Source: Chitinophagaceae bacterium (GTDB taxonomy: Bacteria; Bacteroidota; Bacteroidia; Chitinophagales; Chitinophagaceae). From it: DNA of 64,000 bases. The position numbers were made by a program, and so were the translations under genes. Below are positions 17,993 to 27,826 of this stretch, in pieces (within the stretch, counting starts at the first letter, position 1; every line of letters begins with the position of its first letter). The notes under the pieces are model-generated. The model ran no database searches. It was not told the DNA's origin and saw only the letters and a list, made by a program, of their open reading frames with translations. The stretch is from positions 41,366 through 105,365 of the forward strand of contig JAIXWH010000071.1 in NCBI GenBank assembly GCA_027484165.1, written 5' to 3'.

Positions 17993-18072
17993 GTGTGTAC
18001 TTTGGAATCATTCATCTATTGTTGTGACATTACACAGCTACAGATGAATGATCTCTTAATTTGAAATTAGAT

Positions 18073-19281
18073 TTATTTATGAGGATTTTGTAAGTTGCTA
18101 CTGTCGGAAACAGGAGTTTCGGGTGTTGTTATTATAGGATTACCACCTGAGGATTCTGAATTATTGGGTATTAGTGTTTCATCTGCCTTGGGTGCTTCCG
18201 GCTCGTTGTTTTTTGAATTTTTGTTGCGCTTCTGAGCAGCCTTTTTTTCTTCTCGTTCCTGTTTCTCTTTAAACTCTCTTTCTTTCTTTTCTTTTGCGGC
18301 AGCTTCTTTTCTCTCTTTTGCAGCTTTTTCCTGTTCGGCTTTTTCCTTGGCCGCATTTACTTTCTTATCTTCTTTTTCTTGCTTTCCTTTTAATTCTTTT
18401 TCTTTCTTTTCATTTGCTTTTTTGTCTTTTTCTTGCTTCTCCTTTTCTTTTTTTTCTTTCGCTTCTTTTTCCTTTGTCGCTTTGTCTTTCTTTTTAGAAT
18501 CAGTTTTTTTCTGTTCTTTTTCAGCAATCACTTCGGCTTCGTCATCATCTATTTTTTGTTTCGCATGCTGAATAACAAAGTAATAGTTAACGGTGGATTG
18601 GTCAGCAATGATAGTTTTAATGATTTCCATGAAGTCGCCATTCTTATTCCAGTCTGTATCTTTTTTTTCTATTTTGAAACCTACATTAGGAATAAAGTAT
18701 TCGCCATCTGCCAAACCCAATGAAAATATTGCGCTTTCAGGCGTTTTGCCTTTACCACTATAAATCATGGCTTCCATTATTTTGTCGTTTAGGGCCATAT
18801 AATAAATACCACTGTCTTGGTATAATACCGCGGAATCCATTATCAAATTTTTTTGAAATTCTTTTTTGCTAACCTGTTGATAGGCGAAAGAAATCTCTCT
18901 GAGTACCAATAAACTCAGCGGATGTGTTTGAAGATAAGGCCTTGCTTTATGAATAGCTTCCCTGCATTCTCCATTTTTATTGAAATCAAAAATTTCAATC
19001 TCTTTTTCCATGTCGTCCATTGGTTTGAAATGTGGATTTTTTGTGTATCCTATCATCAAGGCCAGCACTTCAGGGTTGGTTAAGCTGGAATCGTTATCTA
19101 AAAACCGCTTTATTAATTTTTGGTAATAAACAGGACTTGAACTTTCTTGTGTACTGTCAAATATCTGCTTAAAGTCTCTATGATAAATGAAAGGTGGTGG
19201 AGTTGTACCCTCTGATGTTTGCTCGTAAGACCTTGAACCTAAGAGAAATAGGCCAAAAAAAAGGATTATTTTGATCTTCAT
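18073..19281 (-). CDS. DUF4919-like protein with a long K/E-rich C-terminal tail
   Basis: Track says +, but ATGAAGATCAAAATA reads on the minus strand from 19281. Signal peptide; YYQKLIKRFLDNDSSLT...LALMIGY and SGKGKTPESAIF resemble DUF4919. Confidence 0.78.
   Translation of the reverse strand: MKIKIILFFGLFLLGSRSYEQTSEGTTPPPFIYHRDFKQIFDSTQESSSPVYYQKLIKRFLDNDSSLTNPEVLALMIGYTKNPHFKPMDDMEKEIEIFDFNKNGECREAIHKARPYLQTHPLSLLVLREISFAYQQVSKKEFQKNLIMDSAVLYQDSGIYYMALNDKIMEAMIYSGKGKTPESAIFSLGLADGEYFIPNVGFKIEKKDTDWNKNGDFMEIIKTIIADQSTVNYYFVIQHAKQKIDDDEAEVIAEKEQKKTDSKKKDKATKEKEAKEKKEKEKQEKDKKANEKKEKELKGKQEKEDKKVNAAKEKAEQEKAAKERKEAAAKEKKEREFKEKQEREEKKAAQKRNKNSKNNEPEAPKADETLIPNNSESSGGNPIITTPETPVSDSSNLQNPHK
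18235..18535 (-). repeat. Low-complexity Lys/Glu/Ala-rich coding tract (pyrimidine-rich on +)
   Basis: KEKEAKEKKEKEKQEKDKKANEKKEKE...KEKQEREEKKAAQKR. Imperfect, with no fixed nucleotide unit. Confidence 0.8.
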
Positions 19282-19382
19282 ATAAACGATTTGAGTTTGT
19301 AAGTTAATAAATAGAAATTATTTATTAGTTGAAGAAGGTATAAAAAAATGGATATTCGTTTTGTGTAGATAGTTTAATTTGT

Positions 19383-19390
19383 TACCTTTG
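19383..19390 (+). promoter_or_regulatory. -7 promoter element (TACCTTTG) giving fusA its own promoter
   Basis: Same box as the rpsL promoter; 169 nt upstream of the fusA ATG. Confidence 0.7.
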
Positions 19391-19559
19391 CGGCGCTAAA
19401 TACTTTACATTGGATTGTGGTAAAATTATTTAGCATCACATGAGATAGTAATTTATCATATCAAATAAGGAATCAGTTCGCTCTGATTTAACTCCAAGTG
19501 AGACTTTAAATAATAGTCTTCATTTTACTAAAAAAACTTAAAATTTAAAATAAAAAAAG

Positions 19560-21710
19560 ATGTCAGATTTACGTTATCAACGAAACTTTGGTATTGCAGC
19601 ACATATCGATGCTGGAAAGACCACTACCACCGAGCGTATATTATATTATACAGGTGTGAATCATAAAATCGGAGAAGTGCATGAAGGCGCTGCTACGATG
19701 GACTGGATGGCGCAAGAGCAAGAAAGAGGTATTACAATTACTTCAGCTGCAACAACTTGCTTTTGGAATTTTCCAACAGTACAAGGTGCTAAAATACCAG
19801 AGACAAAACAATTCAAATTTAATATCATTGATACTCCAGGTCACGTGGATTTTACCGTAGAGGTAGAACGTTCACTTCGTGTATTGGATGGTTTATTAGC
19901 ATTGTTCTGTGCTGTATCAGGTGTTGAACCTCAATCTGAAACTGTTTGGCGTCAGGCTAATCGTTATAAAGTTCCACGTATCGGATTCGTTAATAAAATG
20001 GATCGTAGTGGTGCTGATTTCTTGAATGTGGTTAAACAAGTAAAAGAAATGTTGGGAGCTAAAGCAGTTCCACTTCAATTGCCAATTGGTGCTGAAGATA
20101 ATTTCAAAGGTGTGGTAGATTTGATTACCATGAAAGGGATGGTTTGGGATGATTCAACTCAAGGTATGACCTTCCAGGAAGTGCCTATTCCTGCAGATAT
20201 GATTGATGAGGTTAACGAATGGAGACAACACCTTGTTGAAGCTGTTGCAGAATACGATGACAAATTATTGGAAAAATTCTTCGACGATCCTAATAGCATT
20301 ACTGAAAACGAAATGCATGAAGCTATTCGTAAAGCTGTGATTGATATTTCTATCATTCCGATGATGTGTGGTTCTTCTTTCAAAAACAAAGGAGTACAAA
20401 CAGCTTTGGATGCAATTTGCCGTTACTTGCCTGGTCCTTTGGATATTGAGGCGGTTACAGGTACAAATCCTGATAACGGACAAGAATTGACTCGTAAGGC
20501 TGATGCAAAAGAGCCATTTGCTGCTTTAGCATTTAAAATTATGACTGATCCTTTCGTAGGTCGTTTGGCATTCTTTAGAGCTTATAGCGGTCACTTAGAT
20601 GCTGGTTCTTATGTATTAAATACAAGAACTGGTAAGAAAGAGCGTATCAGTCGTATCATGCAGATGCATGCTAACAAACAAAACCCAATTGATTTCATCG
20701 AAGCTGGTGATATCGGTGCTGGTGTTGGTTTTAAAGATATCAAAACTGGAGATACTTTGTGTGATGAAAATCATCCCATTGTATTAGAAGCGATGACTTT
20801 CCCTGAGCCGGTAATCTCAATCGCTGTTGAACCAAAAACTCAGGCAGACGTAGATAAAATGGGTATGGCGATTGCTAAATTGGTAGAAGAAGATCCTACA
20901 TTACGTGTACGCACAGACGAAGAAACAGGACAAACCATTTTGAGTGGAATGGGAGAGTTGCACTTGGAAATCATCGTAGATAGAATGAAGCGTGAGTTTA
21001 AAGTAGAAATCAATCAGGGAGCTCCAATGGTTGCTTATAAAGAAGCATTCAGAGTTTCAATTGAACACAGAGAAACATACAAAAAACAAACGGGTGGTAG
21101 AGGTAAGTTCGGTGATATCGCTTTCGAGATCGGGCCAGCTGATGAAGATTGGTTGAAAGAAAATCCATTAGGTGGAATGCAATTTGTGAATGAAATCTTT
21201 GGAGGTAGTATTCCAAAAGAATTTATCGCTCCAATCATCAAAGGATTTACTACAAGTATGACCAATGGTGTATTAGCAGGTTATCCTATAGTAGATATGA
21301 AAGTGAGAGTTTTTGATGGTAGTTACCATGATGTGGATTCTGATGCGATCTCTTTTGAATTGTGTGCTAAGCAAGGTTTCCGTGAAGCAGGACGTAAAGC
21401 TAAGCCAGTATTACTTGAGCCAATCATGAAAGTAGAAGTATTGACTCCAGACCAATACATGGGTGATGTTACCGGTGATTTAAACCGTCGTCGCGGTATG
21501 TTGGAAGGAATGGACAGCAAGCATGGTGTTCAGGTAATCAAAGCAAAAGTGCCTTTGAGTGAAATGTTTGGTTATGTAACACAATTGCGTTCATTGTCAA
21601 GCGGACGTGCAACTTCAACAATGGAATTCAGTCATTACGCTCCAGCTCCAACCAACGTTGCTGAAGAAGTAATTGCTAAGTCAAAAGGTAAAATGAAAGT
21701 AGAAGAATAA
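19560..21710 (+). CDS. fusA: Elongation factor G
   Basis: [50 protein letters not shown]. Confidence 0.99.
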   Translation: MSDLRYQRNFGIAAHIDAGKTTTTERILYYTGVNHKIGEVHEGAATMDWMAQEQERGITITSAATTCFWNFPTVQGAKIPETKQFKFNIIDTPGHVDFTVEVERSLRVLDGLLALFCAVSGVEPQSETVWRQANRYKVPRIGFVNKMDRSGADFLNVVKQVKEMLGAKAVPLQLPIGAEDNFKGVVDLITMKGMVWDDSTQGMTFQEVPIPADMIDEVNEWRQHLVEAVAEYDDKLLEKFFDDPNSITENEMHEAIRKAVIDISIIPMMCGSSFKNKGVQTALDAICRYLPGPLDIEAVTGTNPDNGQELTRKADAKEPFAALAFKIMTDPFVGRLAFFRAYSGHLDAGSYVLNTRTGKKERISRIMQMHANKQNPIDFIEAGDIGAGVGFKDIKTGDTLCDENHPIVLEAMTFPEPVISIAVEPKTQADVDKMGMAIAKLVEEDPTLRVRTDEETGQTILSGMGELHLEIIVDRMKREFKVEINQGAPMVAYKEAFRVSIEHRETYKKQTGGRGKFGDIAFEIGPADEDWLKENPLGGMQFVNEIFGGSIPKEFIAPIIKGFTTSMTNGVLAGYPIVDMKVRVFDGSYHDVDSDAISFELCAKQGFREAGRKAKPVLLEPIMKVEVLTPDQYMGDVTGDLNRRRGMLEGMDSKHGVQVIKAKVPLSEMFGYVTQLRSLSSGRATSTMEFSHYAPAPTNVAEEVIAKSKGKMKVEE

Positions 21711-21733
21711 TCGTTTTCACTTCCAAAAATAAC

Positions 21734-21765
21734 AAGCGCCCTGTTCGAAAGAATGGGGCGCTTTT
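21734..21765. terminator. Terminator between convergent fusA and hydrolase genes
   Basis: AAGCGCCCTGTTC-GAAA-GAATGGGGCGCTTTT. Confidence 0.8.
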
Positions 21766-21835
21766 GTGTAGGTAAGATTTTTTTGAATTATGGGTTGACT
21801 TTTCTGTTAGTGTCAAACATGATCAGAGGCAAATA

Positions 21836-22789
21836 TTATTTTTTGATAAATGAAATCACTTTAGAAACAAACTCAGAAGAAATGGGTAATGAAGGATTGC
21901 TGTAACTTTTTATGTTTTCATCTTTTTCATCACCAATTATTTTCAAAACATGATTCATATTTTGGATAATTTCCAGTTGAGAGGATTTTTTTGCAAGTGA
22001 CAATAATTTTGCGTCATCAACAGAAACCTGAATGTCTTTATCTCCTTGAATTACCAAAATTGGAATGTTAAGTTTTTTTATTTCAGTTTGAGGATTGTAT
22101 TTGAACCAGCTTATCAAATAAGGTTGAACACTAGGCCTGAATAATGATGCTAACAACAAGTTGTTGTTATGTACAAGCATTCCCTTACTTAAACTATCTA
22201 ACATAGGAAATGCTACATTTTTAATTGCATCGGGCTGACTGTTTAGCTGAGTCTTGAGTGTTTCATTAGCAGGGTTTCCGGGTCCACTGATTGAGATATA
22301 TTTGTTTACATTGTTTAAAGAAGCTATCATTCCAATTAAGGAACCCTCACTATGACCTGCAACAATGATTTCAGTAAATCTATTATCTTTCTTTAAGTAG
22401 AGTATCCAGCTTTTTACATCATCGACAAAATCATCAAATCTGATATCCGATTCTTTAGTCATGGCTTTAGAGCTCTCTGCAATTCCTCTTTTATCAAATC
22501 GAAGTGAAGCGATGCCAGAGTCTGCTAAAGCAAATGCAAATTGCTTTAAGCTGTTATTCTTCATCATCGAATTGTTTCCATCTCTGTCTGTTGGTCCTGA
22601 ACCAGAAATGACCAAAACAATTTTTCCTTTTTTATAGGAGTTGGGTAAAGTTATGGTGCCAAAAATTTTGCCGGTTGAGGTTTCTAAAATGGCAGGATTC
22701 TGGTTGTATGCAGAATCGTTGTTATTGTGAGCCAATAAATTTATGGACGATACCAATAGCAAAAAAAAGAAACCAATTAACTTTTGCAT
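21836..22789 (-). CDS. Secreted alpha/beta hydrolase (serine aminopeptidase S33/esterase-like)
   Basis: Signal peptide; SGSGPTDRDGN, LRFDKRG, GHSEG nucleophile elbow, QGDKDIQV, MNHVLK. Confidence 0.88.
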   Translation of the reverse strand: MQKLIGFFFLLLVSSINLLAHNNNDSAYNQNPAILETSTGKIFGTITLPNSYKKGKIVLVISGSGPTDRDGNNSMMKNNSLKQFAFALADSGIASLRFDKRGIAESSKAMTKESDIRFDDFVDDVKSWILYLKKDNRFTEIIVAGHSEGSLIGMIASLNNVNKYISISGPGNPANETLKTQLNSQPDAIKNVAFPMLDSLSKGMLVHNNNLLLASLFRPSVQPYLISWFKYNPQTEIKKLNIPILVIQGDKDIQVSVDDAKLLSLAKKSSQLEIIQNMNHVLKIIGDEKDENIKSYSNPSLPISSEFVSKVISFIKK

Positions 22790-22822
22790 TCTGATTTAAT
22801 ATTAAATAGGAGGGTATTAAAA

Positions 22823-23614
22823 TTATCCTTTGTTGGCAGGATTGAATAGTTCGTTTAAAACACTTGCCAATCTGATACCTCCAATAACAAGTTGCCTTTT
22901 AATCACAGAAATATTATTGTCGATGTATTTTAAGTCCATATAGTTATTTTCAAGAGAATAAACTCTGTCAAGGTAAGAGCGTGACTCATACATCCATTTT
23001 AATTCATTTACTTTCCTGATTTCAGCAATTTCATCATCGGGCATATTTTTATAATAGTTCATGCATGTATCTAAATCAATTCTTTTGTATTCAAGAATTT
23101 GCGTATCCCAAATACTATGTAAATTTCCTGAGACATATGGAGAAGTAATTTCAATTGTGTTTCCTCCCTTGTCGATAGAATAGCCATTATGTAAGGGTTG
23201 ATGAATATCTCCTACCAAATGAAATATTAAGAGCAACCTGTTTTTTATTTCTTTTTTTGACATGTCTGTAGCTTTACGATTTCTCAATTCAACAATTGCA
23301 GAATGTAAAACTGACAAGATATTTTTTTCTGGCCCTGGAGTATATTTGGCTCCTTTATCAATATTGATATAGTGCCAGGGTCTCATGAAGTTGTAATAGC
23401 TGTTACTTCTCTCATTGTCCATCCAATTGGCAGCTTCTTCGATAGTTAAATTACCTAAATATTGTTTTACAATCTTTTGTGTGGAGTCGTCTAATAGTTT
23501 GAAGGCTACTTCAGCAACCAAAGAGTGACCTGTTTTACCCCAAGCCATTGATTTTTGTATACTTCCAACAAAAAATAAAATGGTAAGTACCGGTAAAATA
23601 AAAGTCTTTTTCAT
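22823..23614 (-). CDS. S1/P1 nuclease, secreted
   Basis: Signal peptide ending SMA|WGKTGH exposes the Trp1/His6 Zn ligands; NWMD, WHYINID, HLVGDIHQPLH, DKGGN, NLHSIWD. Start set at ATG 23614. Confidence 0.93.
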   Translation of the reverse strand: MKKTFILPVLTILFFVGSIQKSMAWGKTGHSLVAEVAFKLLDDSTQKIVKQYLGNLTIEEAANWMDNERSNSYYNFMRPWHYINIDKGAKYTPGPEKNILSVLHSAIVELRNRKATDMSKKEIKNRLLLIFHLVGDIHQPLHNGYSIDKGGNTIEITSPYVSGNLHSIWDTQILEYKRIDLDTCMNYYKNMPDDEIAEIRKVNELKWMYESRSYLDRVYSLENNYMDLKYIDNNISVIKRQLVIGGIRLASVLNELFNPANKG

Positions 23615-23629
23615 ACGAATAAATTTGCA

Positions 23630-23637
23630 CGAAACTA
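23630..23637 (-). promoter_or_regulatory. Variant -7 element (TAGTTTCG) for the S1/P1 nuclease; TTG at -33 (23658-23660), 20-nt spacer
   Basis: Read directly on the minus strand. Confidence 0.5.
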
Positions 23638-23650
23638 CAATATTTATATC

Positions 23651-23681
23651 CATATTTCAACATTACAATCAATGAAATATG
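23651..23681. promoter_or_regulatory. Candidate operator: 9-bp perfect inverted repeat with a 13-nt spacer
   Basis: CATATTTCA-N13-TGAAATATG between the divergent nuclease and transporter genes. Confidence 0.45.
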
Positions 23682-23762
23682 TTAAAAGCGAAAACATCCA
23701 ATTCTTTTTAGTTTATAAAGGATTAAAGCCTTAAATTACACCCTCTTAATTCAATAGCGGTT

Positions 23763-26342
23763 ATGATTAAATACAAACTTGGCTTACTTGGATTCTTGCT
23801 TGCTTTTGGAATTTATATTCCAACTTTTGCTCAAGAAAAAATTGTCACTCAAAATGTTGCTTCAGAGGATACTGCTCATGAAGAAATGAAAGATAATCTT
23901 TTAGACAATATTCCAATTGTATCATTAGAAGGCAATGATGATTTGGATGGAAGTGCTCAAAATATTTCAGGACAGCTCAACATTGGCAGAATTACTTTTA
24001 ATAGTGCAGCAGCTTTCAACTTTAATGTTGTTCGTTTTCGTACAAGAGGTTATGATGCAGATATGAATAGTACCTATATGAATGGGGCGCCCATGGAAAA
24101 TCTGGATAATGGTTTTACACCATTTGGATTGTGGGGGGGATTAAATGATGTTTTGCGTAACAGGCAAAATGCATACGGGCTACAATCAAATAAATTTGGA
24201 TTTGGTTCGATCGGTGGAGCTACATCTCTTGATACTAGAGCTTCAAAGCAAAGAAAACAAACAAGTATTGGATATTCTTTGTCTAATAGAAACTATGTTC
24301 ATCGTTTCAATTTCACTAAGTCAACTGGTTTTACCAAAAATGGTTGGGCATTCAGCTTTTCTGGCTCACGCAGATGGGCAGACGAAGGCTTTGCTGATGG
24401 TACTTTCTATAATGGATGGTCGGCATATTTTGGAGTAGATAAAAAAGTTAATGAACAACATTTGTTGTCATTAGTGTTTTTTGCAACTCCTACTGAGAAC
24501 GGACGTCAGGGTGCATCAGTTCAGGAGATGCAGGATTTGGCTGGAACCAATTATTATAATCCTTATTGGGGATATCAAAATGGAAGAAAGAGAAATGCCA
24601 GTATTGCTAAAACAGCTCAACCTATTACTATATTAACCCATGAGTGGAAGGTGGCTCCAAAAACTTCGGTTGTTACTGCTGCTTCATACATGTTTGGAGA
24701 CAGAAGTTTAACAGGATTAGATTGGTACAATGCACCTGACCCAAGACCAGATTATTACCGTTATTTACCAAGTTATCAGGAAGATCCAAATATCAGACAA
24801 CAGGTATACAACGCTATGGCAAACGATATTAATAGACGTCAAATCAACTGGGATGGCTTATATAATGCTAATTATGGCAATTACGAAACCACTCAAAATG
24901 TAAATGGGATTGCAGGTAATACCTATTCAGGAAGAAGATCACTTTACATTCTACAGGAAGCTGTAACCAACACCAAAAAATTTAACTTCAATACGACATT
25001 AAATACCGAAATTAATAAACACATCAGTTTAGTGGGAGGATTAAGCTACGAGAATCAAACCAATCAATATTACAGAAGAGTGAATGATTTATTAGGAGGT
25101 GATTATTTTGTTGATTTAAACCAGTTTGCTGAAAGAGATTTTCCGACCAATCCATTAGCTGCACAAAATAATATCGATAATCCAAATGCTATTCTAAAAG
25201 AGGGTAGTTATTATGGTTATAATTACAAAATCAACATACAAAAAGCAACCGGATGGATTCAAACCAATGTAAAATTACATGGGGTTGATTTCTTTGTAGG
25301 AGCTGAAGGGTCAACAACTAGTTTTTACAGAGAAGGATTAGTAAAATCAGGATTGTTTTTAGATAACTCCTTTGGGAAATCAACCAAATATTCTTTTAAT
25401 AATTATGCATTAAAAGGCGGATTTAGCTCAAAATTGGCTAAAATGAATTATGTATTTGCCAATGCGCGTTATGAAACAAGAGCACCTTATTTTGACAATG
25501 TTTATCTGTCTCCAAGAACTAGAAATACAGTTCAGGATAATTTAAAAAGTGAAACAATTTCATCTTATGAAGCTGGGTATGCTTTGATTGCTCCTACAGT
25601 GAAATTCAGAGCAACCTATTACTATACCGTTCTTTCGAATCAAATGAATGTGTTGACTTTCTATAATGATCAATTGAGGACTGTTGTTAATTATGCATTG
25701 AGTAATATTGGCAAAGTTCATCAGGGATTAGAATTGGGTTCTGAAGTGATTCTTTATAAAGGCTTAACATTGAATGCTGCAGCTGGTATTGGCAACTTCA
25801 AATACAATACCCGTCAATTGGCTACTGTTACTGCTGACAATACTTCAAATGTTTTAGAAAAAGATAAAGTAATTTATTCTTTGAATTATAATGTGCCTAC
25901 ACCTCAGAAAGCCTATAATATCGGAATTAATTACAGATCACCTCAATACTGGTATGTGAATTTGAACTTCAATTATTTTGATGATATGTGGTTGGATTTT
26001 AATCCGGTTAGAAGAACTGAAAGTGCTGTTGATGGCGTAACTCCTGGTTCTGAATTATGGGGTAATATTTTAGATCAGCAGAAACTTAAGCCACAATACA
26101 CTCTTGATTTCTTTGGCGGTTATTCATGGTTGATGAACAAGAGATATAAGTCGCTTGGAAAAAGAACTTTCCTTGTGATAAATATTGGTGTGAGTAATTT
26201 ACTTAACAACACAAATATTGTTTCAGGTGGATATGAGCAATTGAGATTTGATTATGCAGAAAAAAATATCGACAAGTTTCCTGCTAAGAAGTTTTATGCA
26301 TATGGAACCAACTTCTCTGCAAGTGTTGCTTTAAGATTTTAA
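23763..26342 (+). CDS. TonB-dependent receptor-type outer-membrane protein (non-SusC)
   Basis: Signal peptide; plug-like FRTRGYD...TYMNGAPMENLDNGFTPFGLWGGLNDVLR; long amphipathic barrel; C-terminal SVALRF. Confidence 0.88.
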   Translation: MIKYKLGLLGFLLAFGIYIPTFAQEKIVTQNVASEDTAHEEMKDNLLDNIPIVSLEGNDDLDGSAQNISGQLNIGRITFNSAAAFNFNVVRFRTRGYDADMNSTYMNGAPMENLDNGFTPFGLWGGLNDVLRNRQNAYGLQSNKFGFGSIGGATSLDTRASKQRKQTSIGYSLSNRNYVHRFNFTKSTGFTKNGWAFSFSGSRRWADEGFADGTFYNGWSAYFGVDKKVNEQHLLSLVFFATPTENGRQGASVQEMQDLAGTNYYNPYWGYQNGRKRNASIAKTAQPITILTHEWKVAPKTSVVTAASYMFGDRSLTGLDWYNAPDPRPDYYRYLPSYQEDPNIRQQVYNAMANDINRRQINWDGLYNANYGNYETTQNVNGIAGNTYSGRRSLYILQEAVTNTKKFNFNTTLNTEINKHISLVGGLSYENQTNQYYRRVNDLLGGDYFVDLNQFAERDFPTNPLAAQNNIDNPNAILKEGSYYGYNYKINIQKATGWIQTNVKLHGVDFFVGAEGSTTSFYREGLVKSGLFLDNSFGKSTKYSFNNYALKGGFSSKLAKMNYVFANARYETRAPYFDNVYLSPRTRNTVQDNLKSETISSYEAGYALIAPTVKFRATYYYTVLSNQMNVLTFYNDQLRTVVNYALSNIGKVHQGLELGSEVILYKGLTLNAAAGIGNFKYNTRQLATVTADNTSNVLEKDKVIYSLNYNVPTPQKAYNIGINYRSPQYWYVNLNFNYFDDMWLDFNPVRRTESAVDGVTPGSELWGNILDQQKLKPQYTLDFFGGYSWLMNKRYKSLGKRTFLVINIGVSNLLNNTNIVSGGYEQLRFDYAEKNIDKFPAKKFYAYGTNFSASVALRF

Positions 26343-26385
26343 TAATAACATTCAAAACAGATCCTAACTTTTTAAAATAAAAAAC

Positions 26386-27777
26386 ATGAACAAAATACAA
26401 CAAAAGTTAATCACCGCTACAATGCTAGTTGCAGTTGTAATTTTTACTGCTTGTAACAAATCATTTGATGCCCCTCCTGGTCCATCAGATCCAAATATTG
26501 TAGCTAACACTACAATACAGAATTTTAAAACATATCATGTTACACCTTCAGTGCTTGATGATATTACACAGGATGTGATTATTTCAGGTATTGTGGTTGC
26601 AAATGACCAAAGTGGTAATTTTTATAAACAACTGTTTATTCAGGATTCTACTGCCGCAATTCAACTATTGGTTGAAGCTACAGGTTTGTACGCTAGTTAT
26701 CCTGTTGGAAGAAGAGTTTATGTAAAATGCAAAGGATTGACTTTGAGTGATTATTATGGTACTATGCAACTAGGTGTTAAAGCTACTGTTGGTGGTGTAA
26801 CTTCTTTACAGGGTATTCCTGGTGCAGTTGTTTCTAACTATTTGATAGGTGGTTCATTGAATAATCCAGTTGTTCCAATTCCAGTGACTTTGTCTCAATT
26901 GGGTACTGCATTAAATGATAGATACTTAAATGCTTTAATTCAACTTCAAGACTATGAATTCATATCTGGAGATACTACAAAAACTTACTCTGATACCTCT
27001 GCTTACAGAAACACTCAAAATCGTACTATTTCTCAGGGATGTGGATCCTCAAGCACCGTAATCGTTCGTACAAGTGCATATTCTTACTTTACTGGATATG
27101 GTTTACCCAAAGGAAATGGTAGCATCAATGCGATTTATACAGTATACAAATCATTGACAGGAACTGCAACAAAACAGTTAGTGATTAGAGATACTTCAGA
27201 CGTTCATTTTTATAATGCTCGTTGTGGCGCGCCGCCTGCTGGAACAGTGGTTTTGCTAAATGAAGATTTCGAAACTCAAAATGCAACAACAGGAGCGCCA
27301 TACAATCCTATTGCTATCAATGGTTGGACAAACATTTCTGAAATCGGAGCTAGAACTTATTCTGGTAAAATATTCAGCAATAATAAATATGCTTATTTAT
27401 CTGCGTTTGGTTCAGGTAGTCAAGTTAAAACTTGGTTAGTAACCAAAGGGATAAATATGGATAATACAACTACTGAAACGTTGAGTTTTTCCACTCAACA
27501 GGATTACTCAAGTAATGGTTCATCTTCTTTAAAAGTTTTAATATCATCAGATTTCACCGGAACTGGTAATCCTTGGAGTGCAACATGGACGGACATCACA
27601 TCTTTGGCTACTTTGTGTCCACCAAGTGCATCTAACTTCCCGGGTTATGTATCATCAGGCAACATAAATTTAAGTAGTTATACAGGTACTATTTACATCG
27701 CTTTTGTTTATGATGGAACAGATCCTGGCACATCATCTACATGGGAAATAGACAACATTAAAGTTTTTGGTCTCTAA
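26386..27777 (+). CDS. Lipoprotein with a DUF5689 domain and a C-terminal DUF5017/choice-of-anchor-J-like domain
   Basis: Lipobox FTA-C23; IISGIVVANDQSGNFYKQLFIQDSTAAI...YPVGRRVYVKCKGL (DUF5689); LLNEDFE...WLVT...LKVLISSDF...WEIDNIKV (adhesin-like beta-sandwich). Confidence 0.85.
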   Translation: MNKIQQKLITATMLVAVVIFTACNKSFDAPPGPSDPNIVANTTIQNFKTYHVTPSVLDDITQDVIISGIVVANDQSGNFYKQLFIQDSTAAIQLLVEATGLYASYPVGRRVYVKCKGLTLSDYYGTMQLGVKATVGGVTSLQGIPGAVVSNYLIGGSLNNPVVPIPVTLSQLGTALNDRYLNALIQLQDYEFISGDTTKTYSDTSAYRNTQNRTISQGCGSSSTVIVRTSAYSYFTGYGLPKGNGSINAIYTVYKSLTGTATKQLVIRDTSDVHFYNARCGAPPAGTVVLLNEDFETQNATTGAPYNPIAINGWTNISEIGARTYSGKIFSNNKYAYLSAFGSGSQVKTWLVTKGINMDNTTTETLSFSTQQDYSSNGSSSLKVLISSDFTGTGNPWSATWTDITSLATLCPPSASNFPGYVSSGNINLSSYTGTIYIAFVYDGTDPGTSSTWEIDNIKVFGL

Positions 27778-27793
27778 TAAAATAATCATACTC

Positions 27794-27826
27794 ATAAAGA
27801 GCCATCTTTAAAAGGTGGCTCTTTAT
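27794..27826. terminator. Hairpin between the DUF5689 lipoprotein and T9SS cargo genes
   Basis: ATAAAGAGCCATCTTT-AA-AAGGTGGCTCTTTAT; short U-tract. Confidence 0.6.

Noticed and set aside
18171-18723. Four short Phe/Ser/Leu-rich or Lys/Arg-rich ORFs (18171-18356, 18294-18497, 18347-18571, 18433-18723)
   Set aside because: Alternative-frame and antisense read-outs of the K/E low-complexity tract, where stop codons are depleted by composition.
20159-21520. Minus-strand ORFs inside fusA; likewise the short ORFs nested in prs, yidC, the transporter, the T9SS gene, htpG, recJ, ispB, scoAB, pckA, tgt, rpsD, rpoA, DUF4954 and glmS
   Set aside because: All overlap well-conserved genes on the opposite strand or in another frame, with no recognisable domains or independent promoters.
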